A stretch of DNA of 64,000 bases from Mobula hypostoma (taxonomy: Eukaryota): NCBI RefSeq assembly GCF_963921235.1, contig NC_086097.1, positions 179,120,001 to 179,184,000 of the forward strand, read 5' to 3'. Below, piece by piece: positions 12,694 to 25,375 of the stretch. Under the pieces are notes generated by a model. It worked only from the letters and a program-made list of their open reading frames with translations. It was not told the DNA's origin and searched no databases. Positions within the stretch are counted from its first letter, which is position 1. Each line of letters starts with the position of its first letter. The position numbers and the translations under genes are program-made.

Positions 12694-13757
12694 ATGTTGA
12701 TCCACAGTCTGGGGGCTACAACAGCAAAGGCACGGTCACTCCTGAGCTCAAGCTTAGATCGCAGGCCAGCCAGGAGCTCCAAGTCAGCCAACCTGAGGGG
12801 CCTGGAAGTAGAATAAAGGGTTAGAACGTCTGTGATATAAGGGGGAGCCAACCCATTTAGGGCTTTATAAACAAACAGGAGAATCTTAAAATCAATTCTG
12901 AACTGTACTGGCAGCCAGTGGAGGGAGGCCAGGATCCCAATATATAGGGAGTTGGAATAGTCCAAGTGGGGGGATATAAGGGCGTGGATGAATTTCTGGA
13001 GATCTTTGAAAGAGAGAAACTGCTTGATTTTGGCAATAGTACGAAGCTGGAAAAAACTGGCTTTTACTATTGCATTAACTTGCTTGTCAAACTTAAAGGT
13101 GGAATTAAATATCACATCAAAGGATTTAACATGGGGTTTGACAAGGGTGGACAGGTTACCAAGACTGTTGGTAATCACTTTGATGGAGTCAGCGGGGCCA
13201 AATAAGGCAACTTCAGTCTTGCCTTCATTCAGCTGTAAGAAGTATTGTGCCATCCAACACTTTATGTCCTCAAGGCAGTTCATGAGGCTGGCTAGTTTTG
13301 ACTGGTTGTTTTGTTTCGGGGGGAGATAAAGATGGAACCTTGTGGGGCCCCACAGGAGAGACTAGCTGGGGGAGAAGAGAATTTGCCTATGTTGCCAGAG
13401 AAGCTTCTATTTTTGAGGTAGCATATAAACCAATTCAAGGCAGTGCCATCAACACCAACCCCCTATTGGAGACAGTCTATTAGAATGGCGTGATCCACAG
13501 TATCGAACACTGCGCTGAGGTCAAGAAGAATTAGAATGGTAGAGTCATCTGAGTCGATAGAGAGGAGCAGATCATTGTACACTTTCAGCAGGGCAGACTC
13601 TGTGCTATGATAAGCCTTAAAACCTGACTGAAATCTTTTCAAGATGTCATTTTGGTGTAAGTAGGGCAGCAATTGACTGAGAATAACCTTCTCGAGAACC
13701 TTTGACAAATGGAAGTTTAGAAATAGGTCTGTAGTTAGTAGGTAAGGTAGGGTCTAA

Positions 13758-13928
13758 GTTGGTGCAGGTACATTAACAACATTTAAAAAGTACTTGGGCA
13801 GGTACGTGCATAGGAAAGGTTTGGGGGATAAGGGCTAAATGCGGGTAAATGGGACTAGCTTAGGTGGGCATCTGGGTTGGCGTGGAGCAGCTGGTCCGAA
13901 ATGCATGATTCATGCTGTGTGACTATGA
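13758..13928 (+). mobile_element. CR1 3'-end fragment (left arm of an inverted pair)
   Basis: CR1 terminal sequence; about 92% identical (my count) to the reverse complement of 14623-14793. Confidence 0.85.
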
Positions 13929-14622
13929 TTCCATAATTCTTTGTAACAGCTCTCGTACAAAGAAGAGCTAAGTCTAACTAAGTAAGGTAGGGTCTTCAGC
14001 CAGCAACATTAACTCCATTTCTCTTTCCAATAGAAATAAAAGGATCTTCAACCTGAAGTGTTAAGCCTGTTTCTCCCTCCACAGATACTGCTTGTCCTGC
14101 TAAGTGTTTCCAACATTTTCTGCTGTCATTTCAATTTTCCAGCATCTGCAGCTTTTAATATTTCCTATAATTTCCATTCAGTGAAAGTGGAAATAATTAT
14201 TGTGGAATTAGAGCCCTATTAGCTTTACACAAAAAGCTGGGAAATGATGGAAGTGTTTTATAAGGGTAAAGTTCAGTATTGCAGAGTACAGGAAATTAAT
14301 CCACCCTTGTGTGGATTTATGTAAAACAGGCCATGGGTAATATGTTTGTTTCAATCAAGAATACACTGGCAAGTGTGGATAGAGATTTGATAAGTTTCCT
14401 CTCAAGAATTAGCATTGAAATTCATGGGTCCAGTGTGAAATTGTAAATTAAATTATTAATTGAACCGACCATGTAAAAGAGAGAGCTGTTCTCAACTGCG
14501 GTAATTCTTATCAGATATCTTGGCCCCATATGGAAATGTTGCACTCTTACTGTGTATATTCACTCGCAATGATTTTGGTTAGGGACAGCACAGTACAAAA
14601 GCTGTTACAAAGCATTATAGAT

Positions 14623-15228
14623 TCATAGCCATACAGCATGAATCAGGCCTTTCGGGTCAGCTGCTCCATGCCAACCCAGATGCCCACCCAAGCTAGTCCC
14701 ATTTACCCACATTTAACCCCTATCCCCCAAACCTTTCCTATGCACGTACCTGTCCAAGTACTTTTCAAATGTTGTTAATGTACCTGCACCAACCACATTC
14801 TCAAGTGGCTCATTCCAATATGAACCATTCTGAGTGAGAAAAATCACCCTTCAGGTTCCTATTAAATCTCTCCTCTCCCAACTTTAATGTATGCCCTCTG
14901 GTTCTTTATTCCCCAACCCCGGGAAAAGGATTGTGTGCATACCCACTGTTAACAGATCAGACTCCTGAATGGACCTCTTATACACTAAAAAATGAACTCT
15001 TGACCTCCCAATCTATCTAATCATGTCTATGTCCCTCAAAATTTTATATACCCCTTCATTCTCCTGCCCTCCGATGAAACGGTCCCAAACTCCTCAACCT
15101 CTCTCCATAACTCTGTCCCTTGACTCTTCGCAGCTTCCTCGTGAATCTCCTCTACAGCATTTCCAAATAAATAGCATCTTTCCTTCAGCAGGGTGACCAA
15201 AACAAAACTGAACACACCATTCCAAGCG
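14623..15228 (-). mobile_element. CR1 3' fragment containing a short foreign insert around 14953-15025
   Basis: CR1 tail at 14623 and decayed ORF2 C-terminus. Confidence 0.85.
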
Positions 15229-15229
15229 G

Positions 15230-15495
15230 CTGTGTGGTGGCGTGGTGGTTACAGCGCCAGTTACCCAGGTTCATTTCCCGCCACAGTATGCAAGGAGTTT
15301 ATATGTTTTCCCATGACCAATTTCCTCCCACATTCCAAAGACTTACAGTCTAGTCATGGTGGGCATGTTATGTTGGCACCAGGAGTATGGTGACACTTGC
15401 AGGATGCCCCCAGTATGTCCTCGGACTGTGCTGGTCGCTGGTGCAAACAACATATGTCACTCTATGTTCCAATGTGACAAATGAAGCTAATCTCT
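15230..15495 (+). mobile_element. tRNA-derived V-SINE-like element; related copies near 20795-21050(+), 53215-53420(-), 58690-58945(-), 59800-59985(+)
   Basis: B-box-like ggttcattt followed by V-domain-like ggagtttatatgttttccc and tttcctcccacattccaaagac. Confidence 0.65.
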
Positions 15496-15729
15496 TAAAA
15501 ACACGGCCCATCCATGTTTTGTACGACTGCAACATGCCATTCCAACACCTACACCCAGTGGCCTGACTGATGAATGCCAGTATGCCTGAAGCTTTCTTCA
15601 CCAGCCTGTCTGCCAGTGATGCCACTTTCAGAGACCACGCAGAGTGATCGTGTTGCAGAATTAGCAGCCCAAATGATCCAGAACACCCCCAGAATGCTTT
15701 AGGTTGGGGAGGCAATGGCTCAAATGGAT

Positions 15730-15812
15730 CTGACGAAGGACCTTAGCCCAAAACGTTTTCATAGATGCTGCCTGACCTGCTGAGTTCCTCCAGAATTTTG
15801 TGTGTGTTGTTC
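15730..15812 (+). mobile_element. Penelope-like pLTR fragment with degenerate hammerhead
   Basis: CTGACGA-aggaccttagccc-AAAACGTT (GAAA changed to AAAA) followed by gatgctgcctgacctgctgagttcctccag. Confidence 0.75.
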
Positions 15813-16843
15813 TACCCCCCAGATATCAGATCAGACTCTTGAATGGACTTCTCATACATTAAAAATGAACTCCTGATCTCCCAGTCTACCCCATCATGCC
15901 CTTGCACTTTATTTGTCTTCCTGCACTGCACTTTCTCTGTAACTGTCTCACTATATTCTGTATTCGGTTTCCTTTTTAACTACCTCAATGTACTTTAGTA
16001 TGGAATGATCTGTCTGGATGGCATGCAAACAAAAGCTTTCCACCGTATCTCAGTTCACGTGATGGTGATAAACCAAAATGCTCTCGAAGATGTGGAACAT
16101 GCTATAGAGACACAGAGCACAGAAACAGGCCCTTCGACCCACTACAAACACGGTGACATTTCCCCACAAATCCCATTTGCCCAAATTACATCCATATGAA
16201 AGACGGCAGATGCCGGAAACGTGATCTGCTGGAGGAAGTGGGTTGAGTAGTACCTTTGGGAGCAAAGGAAATGTTGACGTTTCTGGTGGAAACCCTGCCT
16301 CGGGCCTGCTACAGACGCTGCTTGGCCTGCTGAATTCCTCCAGCAGTCTGCTTGCCGCTCTGCATCTTTTTATATCTTGGACACTGTGTAGGCAGAAGAG
16401 ATTCGTTTAGTTTAATATTGCTAGTTTAATTAGTTCAACACAACACTCTGGGCTGAAGGCCCTGTTCCTGTACTGTATGGTTCAATATTTTATTTGCCCC
16501 GGGACACTGTGGAGGAACCAATCCCGTTTCCATCCAATCATTTTTTTTACTTTCCAAAGAAGGTTTATTCAGTTAGTCAAAGAATCACATTATTACATTA
16601 CAGGACTTCACAATTCACACTATGTCTAAGTACCTCTTAGATTCATATTGTCCATATCTGATTCCATCACCTCCTCTGGCAGGGATTTCCAAATATCAAC
16701 CACACTCTGTCTGAAAAAACTTACCTCTCAGATCCTCTTTCAATCTCCTGCCTCCTACCTTAAACCTTCTTTGATATTCCTACCATGGGAGAAGAGACGA
16801 TGTACACCATCTATGCCTCTTATAAATTTAAATCTATCAGATC

Positions 16844-17250
16844 CCTTCTTTTCATTTTGCCCATTACACCGCTAGCATTTGGGGCGGCAATGATGGTCCT
16901 CCACTTCTGGCGGCGTTCACGGCTTCCTTCACCGTGTCAGCAGTGTCCTCTCGGTTTATGTCAGTCATGCAAGACCCAGGTGGAGACTCAGGAATACTGT
17001 TGCATACAGCTGTAGGAGGATTCTTCATTGCTTCGTTGTTTGACCAGTCAGGGTTGTTAGCGCTGAGCTGAACCCCCGAACCTGGAGGACCGGTGGACCA
17101 CTCTTAGTCTGGCCTCTGCCCTTTGACCTGTTTGGCATGGGTGACCCTAACAAGAGACAAAGCATAAAGCCCTGACTCCAGCCAACATAGCTCTCCAGGT
17201 CATTGAGGCACACAAGCCTCTGAACCATGACCATGTGGTCCTCTTGGAGG
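16844..17250 (-). mobile_element. Bipartite non-autonomous RTE-like retroposon (5'UTR joined to 3' end, 407 bp)
   Basis: 9-bp TSD tatcagatc (16835-16843, 17251-17259); minus strand has RTE/Expander-like 5'UTR (ggcttgtgtgcctcaatgacc...gggtcacccatgccaaacaggtc) and RTE-like 3' end. Confidence 0.75.
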
Positions 17251-18099
17251 TATCAGATCTCAGTCCATATACAATGAAGTGAAGTGCTAAAGCTGAATGA
17301 GCATTGAGTTGAAACTCTGCTTCCCTCTGACACTTGTCAGTTCAATTACCTTCATTTTATGACAGTTATGTTTATACAACTGTGGCCAGTGAGTAGGCTC
17401 CCTCTGAGGTAGATTGCCCATACCTCAGACTCTGCTTGTGGTACTGTCGGTGTGCTGCACTGTCACTGGAGCAACTGCCAGTTTGACCCTAAAACAGCAT
17501 TCAACCTGTTCTCTCCTTTTGATATCACAACGTCCCAAGGATGGAAGAGGCCTCATTGGAGGTCTCTTTATACAGGAGCCCTCCCCCCCCACTCTACATT
17601 GGGGGCATGGGGTGGTGAGTCACTTCACAGACTCCACATGAGTACCTGAAGTTTGAGCTGTACTTCAGTCCTGATCTTCTGTCACCTGATGCACAGAAGC
17701 AGGAGTGGGATGGAAATCACTCAGTGGAACTCCTGGCCAAGCTGGTCATTCACAGGACCAGGCAGTGGGCAGTTGAGAGTTCTGCCAAGCCGCCTGCCTG
17801 CCCCTGTTCTGGGGTTACACCTATTCCCGTGTGTCACTGGAGAAGGAGCATATGACGTCCATGGGAATGGTGAAGGATTTCCAGGAGTGGTGGGTACCAC
17901 AGAGGCTCGAGTGCATTCAGGATAGAGGAGACTGTGTTATCATTTGAAGCTGTAAATAGTGTGAATTGTGGAATACTGTGGTATTGTAATAAGGTGATTC
18001 ATTGACTAACTGAATGAACCTCCTCTGGAAAATGTAAAAAAGATTGGGCTGAAGTGAAACGAGGTCCCTCCAGAGTGTCCCGGGGCAAATAAAACATTG

Positions 18100-18930
18100 A
18101 CCAGTACTGCACAGAAACAGAGCCAATGGCCTTGAATGTTATGCCAGACTAACTGAACTAGAAATTAAATGTCTGCCTACACAATGTCCATTCTCAACAC
18201 ATACATGTGCCTATCAAAGGGCCCCTTAGATGCCTCTATCGTATTTGCTACCACCACCACCTCTGGCAGTGCATTCCAGGCACCCACCACTCTGTGTGTA
18301 AGAAACCTTGCCCCACAGAATCAGGTTTGGTATCACTGGATACGTCATGAAATTTCTCCTTAGAACTATCCCCGTCCCAGCTTAAATGCATGCCCTCTTC
18401 ATTTAGACTTTTCAACCTGGGATTGTTATATGGTTATATGGTTATATAAAAGGGTACTGGCTGTCTCCTCTTTTGCACTCTCTCCAAAGCCTGCACATCC
18501 CTCCTATAACGGACAAACAGAAATGAATGCAATGATCCAGATGTGGCTGGATACTCCAGAGTTTCATAAAGCTGCACATACAATCCTGACTCCTAAGCTC
18601 AGTGCCTCAACTAATAATGGCAACATGTCAAACACCTTCTTTACCACCCTATAAACAAGTGCGACCACTTTCAAGGAGCTGTGGAGTCAGAGAGTCATAG
18701 AGCAATAGAGCTCAGATACAGGCACTTCGGCCCCAAAAATCCATATCATCCATGCTACCCACCCAGCTTGTCCCAATTTCCTGCATTCAGCCCACATCCC
18801 TCCAAGCCCATCCTCGACATGTACCACAATGAGTGCTTTTTAAATGATAGTTGGACCCCCAAAATCCCTCTGTATATCAGCTCTGTTAAGGGTTCTGCCA
18901 TAAACAGTGTACTTTCCCTTTACACTTGAC
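18100..18930 (-). mobile_element. Degenerate CR1 fragments
   Basis: gcattccaggcacccaccactctgtgtg and other reverse-complement CR1 3' motifs. Confidence 0.75.
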
Positions 18931-19564
18931 CTCCGAAAACTACTCTGAACCTCTGATGATATTCCTAATACTGCTGATTCAGGGCATTTAACATACTGTG
19001 GGATCCTGCTGTGCAGAGGTTGGACATTCTGTTTCCCACATTGCCATTAGCTGTCGGTCACCTTAACGGGCCCTGCAGTTACAGGAATGCAGGTTAATTT
19101 AGTTTCTCACCAGTTGGGTCCAGCTGGTAATTTCTATGCAGCTGGTATAGCATACATTAATATTAAAATAATTATGTATAAAGTAATTTACATTTAGTAA
19201 TTGTAACTGGTGAGTGGATGACATTGGGGTGCATGTTAAGTAGGTCTCTCAGCTCTGCTTTCTGTGCAGCTGTGAGAGACATTCCACTGACACCTGCTGG
19301 CAAAGCCGAGGATTGCAGATTCTGGTCTCCACACTGTTCACTGGGCACTAATTGCTGGATCTTCAGAGTATAACATAAGGACATAAGAAATAGGAGCAGG
19401 AGTGGGCCATTCAGTCTAGCTCACCTGCTCTACCTTTCAATAAGATCACATAGCTTCTCACTTATCTAGTTTCCTGTACTTCTAATGAAAGGAAGGGCAT
19501 ACTTCTTTTGAAAGGTATAGCGCTTAGCGTAACACTATTCAATGCCAGTGACCTGGGTTCATTT

Positions 19565-20795
19565 CAGAATCAGAATCAGAATCAGAATCAGATTTAATAT
19601 CATTCGAATATTCTGTAAGGTATGTTGTTTTGTGGCAGCAGCACGTTGCAATACATAACAACATATCTATAAATTACAATAAGAAATACAGTGGAATTCT
19701 AGTTAATTGGACCACATCCAGACCAGGACATTTTGGCCCAATTAGGCAGCTGGCCCAATTAGTAAAAGTTTCATGGAAATAGTTAAAAAGGCATAAAATA
19801 GACAAACTGAGTAACAAATTATGTATTTAAATGAAATACAGAACAAATTAGAACACTACCAATACTACTACAATGCTATAAAACTGTATTCGTTCCTAAT
19901 ACTTATCAATGGAGGAATTCATCTATGTCATGTTTTTTTGACTGTAAACGAACAAATTCAGCACAGACACCTAGTGCCGATAATGGACAGCATTCATACA
20001 ATGCTGTTGATGATTGCATCCTCCAAATCGTCATTTTTAATGTAACATGCAAGACGATTGTCAATACTGTACTTTCCAATTCTTCATTGATATATATAAA
20101 AATATTAAATAAGTACTGCAAGAAAGAGAATGACAAAATGAAAAAAGAAAAAAGATGGAGAGGTAGTGTACATGGGTAAATTGTCCATTCAGAAATCTGA
20201 TGGCAGAGGGGGAGAAGCATTTCCTAAACCATTAAACGCGTGTCTTCATGCTCCTGTACCTCCTCCTTGATGAGAAGAGGACAGGTCCTGGGTGATGGGG
20301 GTCCTTAGTGATGAATGCATCACCTTTTGAAGATGTCCTGGATGCAGTTGGCTGAGTTTTCAACTTTCTGCAGCTTTTTTTTCAATGCTGTGCAGTGGCT
20401 CCTTCATCCCAGACAGTGATGCAACCAGTTAGAATGCTGTTCATGGTACATCGAGCCGCTGTTGTGCCTTCTTTGTAATGGCATCAATACGTTGGGCCCA
20501 GGATAGAGCTTCAGAGATGTTGTCACCCAGGAACTTGAAACTGCTCATCTTTTCCACTGCTGATCCCTCGATGAGAACTGGTGTGTGTCCTCTCAACTTC
20601 CCCTTCCTGAAGTTCACAATCAATTCCTTGGTCTTACTGAAGTTGAGTGCAAGGTTGTTGCTTCTACACCAGTCAACCAACTGATCTACTGCATCTCACT
20701 CCTGTATACCTCCTTGTCACCATCTGAAATTCTGCTGATGATAGTAGTGTCATCGGCAAATTTATAGACGCCATTTGAGCTGTGCCTAGCAACAC
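19565..20795 (-). mobile_element. Rex1/Babar 3' portion with an internal insertion
   Basis: ORFs 20441..20680 (WCRSNNLALNFSKTKELIV) and 20686..20883 (YKFADD); (cagaat)n tail at 19565. Confidence 0.85.
19689..20090 (+). mobile_element. Tc1/pogo (Tigger-like) DNA transposon end fragment
   Basis: TA followed by CAGTGGAATTCTAGTTAATTGG, resembling Tigger-type TIRs; matching right TIR not found. Confidence 0.5.
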
Positions 20796-21839
20796 ACCCA
20801 CTGCTGTCTGTAAGGCGTTCATATGTTCTTCCTGTGGCTTCATGGATTTCATCCAGGTGCTCCAGTTTCCTTCCATATTCCAAAGATGTTTGGGTTAGTA
20901 AGGGTTAACAAGCTGTGGGCATGCTATTTTGACAGCAGAAGCCCGGTGACACTTGCAGATAGCCCTAGGCACAGCCTTGGACTGTGCTGGTGGTTGAACA
21001 AACAGCACATTTCGCTGTATGTTTCGATGTACAAATAAAGCTGATCGTAAAATCTTAAAACTTTTAATAAGTTAATAATTTGGATTATTATTGTCACCTG
21101 TACCAAGGTATAGTTCAAAGTTTTGTTTTACATGCCATCCATACAGATCATTTCATCTCATCAGCGGACTGATGTAGCACAGGGGAAGCAGTAACAGAAT
21201 TCAGAATAAAGTGTTACAGTTATAGAGAAAGTGCAGTGCAGGCAGACTATAAGGTACAGGAGCCACTGTGCGGTAGATTGTAAGGTCAAGAGTCCATATT
21301 ATCACACTAGGGGCTGTTCAATAGTCCTATAACAGTGGGGTAGAAACTGACCTTAGGCCTGGTGGTATGTACTTTCAAGCTCCTGTATCTCCTCCTTGGT
21401 AGCATTGAGACGATTTTGCATCTTCTGCTGATGAGAAGAGAGAAAGTCCAGGGTGATGCATCATGTATATCCTTCCTCAGCAGGGAGAACAGACCTGTCT
21501 ACAATGTGCTCTCACTAGGGGTGGGTATAACTAGAGCAGAACATCTCCACATTTCTCAGATCCTCTTAAAGTAAGGGTTGATGTACAGTCATTTCCTGAA
21601 CTTTCTTGTTAACTTTCAGTGATTCACACACAAGGACACTAAAGGTATCTAATATAAATTAACTAACTAACTCTGAACACTAACAGGTGCCTAATAACTG
21701 CTTTACTTTCCTTAAGTATTGAGGGCAAGGGAAAGCAGGGAAAATGTCTCCTCACTAATCGGAGGATCCAGGGATTGATGAGTGGCTGCAGCTGAAATGT
21801 GGAAAACACAGCTGCCAAGTGGTGCATCATGGGTACCCA

Positions 21840-22515
21840 GTGGAGTCATGTTAGGTTACTGGACCAGCAACCTGACCTCGAGGCTCCTCTTGATCAAGAG
21901 GCATGAGTTCAAATCCCTCCACAGCAGTGGAGAGTTTAAACTTCAGTAATTAAATAATTCTGGTAGTAGTGCAAGAAAACTACCATATTTATCGTAAATT
22001 GTTGAATTCTCCACCCTCTGGTAACTGCTCCCTCGATCCTTCCTGTTCGACCTGGTCCTGTCCACTCCTCCCTTTACATCTGCCTCTCACCCACTCAATC
22101 TTCCAATGTCCCACCCTCCTCTTCTATATATTGTTACTATCTGCAATCTCGCGTCACTTCCACCTAGCACCTGCCAGCCTCTGTCACTGTTGCCACTCTC
22201 CCTCCTGTCTGCCTATCATCCCTCCTCAGCTCTTTATACTATCACACCACTATATTCAGTCCAGATGAAGGGTCTCAACGTGTAATGTTGACTGACCATT
22301 TCTCCCCACAGACGCCACCTCACTCGTTGAGTTCCTCTAGCAGACTCTATGTTGCTCAGTGTTAAAACCACATCCAGTTCACTTATCCAGCAAAGACCTT
22401 CACTTAGTCCAATCTACATGTGAATCCTAAGTGCCTCCTCAGTTAAGGGGCAATTAGGGATGTACAATAGATGCAGGTGTTGCCCATGATACCAATGTCC
22501 TCTGAGCGAATAAAC
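21840..22515 (+). mobile_element. Old tRNA-derived SINE interrupted by a Penelope 3' fragment (about 22000-22360)
   Basis: B-box gagttcaaatccc; tail aaggggcaattagggatg...gaataaa; insert has degenerate hammerhead cagtc-CAGATGA-agggtctc...gactg at 22257-22294. Confidence 0.6.
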
Positions 22516-23574
22516 TAAAACCTCAGGAGCCAGTATAATCAATTACATCACCCACCCCAGACATTCTCCCTTCTCCTCTTCCACCAGGCAGAAGAAACAA
22601 AAGCCTGAAAGCATGTACCACCAGGCTCAAGGCCAGCTTCTACCCTACTGTCATTAAACTATTGAGTGGTTGCTTAGTAGATTAAGATGGACTTGACATC
22701 ACAATCTATCTTGTTTTTATCTTGCACCTCATTGTTGACCTGCACTGCACTTCCTCTATAGCTGTAAAATTTTATTCTGCATTGTTATTGTTTTACCTCA
22801 TTCTACTCACTGCACCATGTAATAATTTGATCTGTATGAACAGTATGCAAGACAAGCATTTCACTATCTTGGTACATGAGACAATAATAGACCAATTCCA
22901 AATCTAATCCTTAAAAACATAAAATGTTGGGAATACTCAAGAAGTCAGTCAGCATCTGAGGAGAGAGAAATTTAAAAAAAAACGAAGATTGAAGAAATCT
23001 GCAGCTCTTACATTTTTCTTTATTGTTGAACTTACAACCAACCACTTCTCTTCCAGGAACACCCACTAAGAAGTCCTGAAACAGGAACAGAAAATGATGG
23101 GACATTCAAGAGAAAAGGCAGGATCTGTGGAGTGGGACACAGAGTTAACCTTTCAGGTCAAAGATCTGTTTTCAGAAGTCCTTTGTTCAGAACCTTCTGA
23201 GGGCCAGCAGCCATTTCAGTTTCAGTTTCAAATTTCTATGTCTGCATTACTCTTGATGATTTGCATGTATTGAAAGATGCTCTGCCGAGAGGGCAAAGGA
23301 TCTCCAACCTGAGACATCTACTGTTTCTTCCTCCACCAATGCTGCCCGACCCACTGCATGTTTCCAGCATTTTCTGTTTTGAGTTCAGATTTCCAGCTTC
23401 TGCACTTTTTTTTTTGAGCAGTTGCCACTCCTTCACACATGGCAATGAGACAATATCACTAATTTAATATTAATATCTCTTAATTTAGTATCTCTTCATC
23501 TTCACCTTATTATTGTACACCTCTCAAAATTTTAGACGCTTATATAAGGTTGCCCTTTATTCTCCTACATTCCA

Positions 23575-25375
23575 AGGAAACTTTATAAAACTCTGGTTAG
23601 GCTACATCTGAAGTATTGCATTCATTTCTAATCCCCCCATAACAGGAATCATATGGAGGCTTTGAAGACGGTGCAGAAGAGGTTTATCAAGGTGCTGACT
23701 GTACTAGAGGGCGGGATTAAAGGTTGAACAAACTTGAGTTATTTTCTATGCAGCAGCAAAGCTGAGGGGAGAACTGATGAAGATTATGAGAGATATAAGT
23801 AGAGTAGACAGCCAGTATCTTTATCCCCAGGGTCAAAATGTCTAATATCAAAGGGCATGCATTTTAAGTTGAGTGGGGTTAAGTTCAAAGGAGATGTGCG
23901 GGGCAAGTTTATTTTAGGGAGTGGCACGTGCCTAGAATGCACTGCCTGGGATGGTGATGGATGCAAATACAATAGATGTTATCAGCAACCTCTTAGATGG
24001 ACACACGAATGTGAAGGATATGGACGTTGTGAAGGCATTAGTTTAATTTGGCATGTTGTATTGTTCTATGTTGTGTGTGAGTAAAGAACTAGTCTGACCA
24101 ATCTTCCCTTATAACTCAGGCCCTCTAATTCTGGCAACATCCTCGTAAATCTTCTCTGCGTTCTTTCCAGTTTAGCCATTTCTTTCCACTGTCAAGGTGA
24201 CCAAAACTGTACTCAGTTCTTCCAGAGTGGCATTACCAGTGACTTGTATGGATGTTACCTTGCAGACCATACAAAGGTAGGTGGATGGCCAGGTAGTGTT
24301 GAGAAAGCAGGAAGTTGCCGAATGACTTAGATAGATTAGGAGAATGGGCAAAGAAGTGGCAGATTCAGTACAGAGTAGGGAAGTGTATGTCAATACAGAG
24401 AAGGGACGTGTATGCCATGCACTTTGGGAGAAGGAATCAGGTTGTAGACCCTTTTCAAAAAAGGGAGCAAATTCAGAAATCAGAGCTACAAGGGGACTGG
24501 AGTCCCGTTGCAGAATTCCCTAAAGGTTAACTTGCAACTTGAGTTGGTGGTGAGGAAGGCAAATACAAAGTCAGCATTCATTCTAAGAGGATCAGAGTAT
24601 AAGAGCAAGGGTGTAATGCTGAAGCTTTATAAGGCATTGCCAGGCTGCACTTGGAGTATTGTGAGAGTTTGGGCCTTTGATCTAAAATAGGATGTGTTGG
24701 AAATAGAGAGGGCCCAGAGGACGTTTACAAGAGTGATTCCAGGAAAGAAAGGGTTAATTTATGAGAGGCATTTGATGACCCTGGGCCTGGACTCACTGTA
24801 ATTTTAGAGGAATGGGGGGGGGGGGTGGTAATCTCATTGAAACCTACTGAATATTGAAAATCCTAGATAGAGCAGATGTTTCCATCGTCAGGGAGTTTAG
24901 GACCAGAGGGCACAGCCTCAGAACAAGAGAGCATCTATTTAGAACAGAGATGAGGAGGAATTTCTTTAGCGAGAGGGTGGTGAACCTGTAGAATTCATTG
25001 CCACAGATGGCTGTGGAGGCCAAGGGAGGTTGGTTACTTTATAAGCCAATCCTAATCTTAAAAAAATTCCTCATCCACAAATTGATAACTATGGCTAATA
25101 CAAGAGGGCATAACTTTACGGTGATTGGAATAAAGTATAGCGGGATGACAGAGGTAGTTTTTTTTATGCAAAGCGTGTTGGGTGCACGGAACGCAGTGCC
25201 TGGGGTGATGCTAGAGGCAGATATATTCAGGACATCTAAAAGACTCTTAGATAGGCATATGGATGAAAGAAACATAGAGGACTATGAGTGGGAAGGGTGA
25301 GATTGATCTTGGAGCAGGCTAAAATGTCGGCACAACGTCATGGGTTGAAAGGCCGGTATTGTTCTGTGTTCTAAC
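23575..25375 (+). mobile_element. Series of CR1 3' fragments (about 23575-24080, 24255-25020, 25093-25375)
   Basis: ORFs 24315..24530 (DLDRLGEWAKKWQ, MHFGRRN), 24508..24690, 24998..25300 (TRGHNF). Confidence 0.85.

Larger units (their letters stand above)
10910..13760 (-). mobile_element. L2-clade LINE, 5'-truncated and decayed, interrupted by the Rex1 copy at 11240-12693
   Basis: ORFs 13463..13708 (FQSGFKAYHSTESALLKV, LLDLSAVFDTVDH) and 12657..13283 (LHWLPVQFRIDFKILL, NGLAPPY, DRAFAVVAPRLW); 3' tail tcaagtcaag at 10910. Confidence 0.9.

Noticed and set aside
13742..13995. 14-bp direct match gtaaggtagggtct (13742 and 13982)
   Set aside because: First copy is L2 coding sequence; geometry does not fit a TSD and chance cannot be excluded
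17404..17428. tgaggtag in a short hairpin (let-7-like seed)
   Set aside because: Only an 8-bp stem; the rest does not match let-7 and it is too short for a pre-miRNA
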